Below, in pieces: positions 62,759 to 64,000 of a DNA stretch of 64,000 bases. The stretch is from Paraspadella gotoi (Eukaryota; Animalia; Chaetognatha). Position 1 is the first letter of the stretch. Every line of letters starts with the position of its first letter. The position numbers were made by a program, and so were the translations under genes. The stretch spans positions 429,523-493,522 of the forward strand of contig CM119267.1 of assembly GCA_051294375.1 (NCBI GenBank), written 5' to 3'. The notes under the pieces were generated by a model. It ran no database searches. It saw nothing but the letters and a program-made list of their open reading frames with translations, and was not told where the DNA came from.

Positions 62759-63964
62759 TTTACGAATTTCGGCTTCCGAAAAAAAAAAACAACAAAAAAC
62801 AAAAAACAAAAAAAAACAAATTAATGAATCATCGGGCGATTGCGAAACCTTTATTATTAACCGTTGAACAGTTAAAAACACCCATCGATTTAGTTAATGT
62901 TAAATCAAGTCAAATTAAAAGAGAGAATTTGAGAGGGAGATCCACTTTAAACGCTAACAAGAAAATTCTTATTTCTTTTGTCACCTAAACTGAAGAATAA
63001 ATATTACGGATCCTTCTTGAAAACTGAAGCTCATCGTCTTTACGTAAATTTTGATAAGGAGGGAAATCTCATGTACATCTGTTTCTCTCTCTCTCTCTCC
63101 GATGTGTTTTGTGACGATATCATGGACGAAGGCATCAGCTTAGTAGTTAAAGCGAATACCAGTTTTTCTAAAATCACAAATCGGAATAATGAAATGCATT
63201 GTTTTTTTAAAGTTTGTTGCCGCTTTAGTATTAACTATTGTTACAAATGCAAAATTGTTTAAGAGATAACGTAACATACTGCAAACTAGTTGTAAATGAC
63301 CCCTAGCAGTCAAAGATAAATCGCTAAGTTCGTGTTTTTGAAATATCAATAAAAATTAGACTGTATAATGAAAAAAAAATGTATTAAATTTGTTTTAGTA
63401 AAAATAAGTTATCAAGGAAACAAATTGCATTAAAAGATAAAACATGAAAATCGTTCCCTCAGTTTTGAAAATCGACGCCGAACTGACTGAATGAAAAAAA
63501 AATAAAGCACATGAACTCTTATTTGTAATTTGAACATTTTGAAAATTACAAAGTATTGAAAGTAATGTTTAACAACTGGAGATAACAATTGATTAGAATT
63601 TGTAACAAAAATAAACTAAGCTTTTATTCGACAATCAATAAAGTATTTTTAAAGCCTTTTCCAATAGATAAAATTTCTTCGTACATCTGCGAATAATGAA
63701 ATCAGGTCCTAAATATAATTAAGTGTCGTTTTAATCCGCCAATTTTTTTTAATTCGATTTGTTATCTCCGTTGGCTTTTTTTTTTTTTTAAAGAAAAACC
63801 AAACCGAACTTTAGTTTAGATTTCGATTTCTTTTAGTTTCAATTGTTCCTCTGCGTGTTTTAGCCGTTTCTTCATTCTCATCGTTTTTTTGACATGATCA
63901 GATTTTCCTCTCCCCCCGCCCTCCCTCCGCATCCACTCGATCGATAAAACAAAACTGTCGAGAA

Positions 63965-64000
63965 ATGAGCATCCGCGAACTCGGACCCGTCAAGGGCCTC
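63965..64000 (+). CDS. Possible start of the next plus-strand gene (MSIRELGPVKGL...)
   Basis: ATG in AAA context at a shift to GC-rich sequence; too short to identify. Confidence 0.3.
   Translation, partial: MSIRELGPVKGL

Noticed and set aside
58807-62881. Long antisense or alternate-frame ORFs over GPALPP1 and TNPO3
   Set aside because: Shadow ORFs expected in GC-rich coding sequence.

Overview
Animal (invertebrate-type) genomic DNA, not prokaryotic. Exons are GC/CpG-rich, introns are short AT-rich GT-AG introns, (GA)n/(CT)n microsatellites are abundant, and there are three N-gaps and signs of local indel errors. The left third holds an SLC22-type transporter (-), a CCA-ended tRNA-Lys retrocopy and a divergent peptide-type class A GPCR (+). 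From about 21.8 kb the genes form two tightly packed single-strand arrays that diverge from a 2.7 kb switch region (32385-35109). Minus array: GTF2H5, an RNase H1-like gene, SNX27 and an unnamed 295-aa protein. Plus array: WASP, VPS39, GLOD4, LanCL, a coronin-like gene, a duplicated/rearranged block with an MS4A-like gene and a solo LTR, GPALPP1 and an intronless TNPO3. The most interesting items are (1) the 295-aa protein, which reads as a minimal nesprin (kinesin-binding LEWD motif plus a C-terminal TM-PPPV KASH tail, no spectrin repeats), and (2) operon-like spacing of 150-430 bp with apparently unpaired splice acceptors ahead of intronless genes. All calls come from reading translations by eye; no searches were run and the species is not identified.
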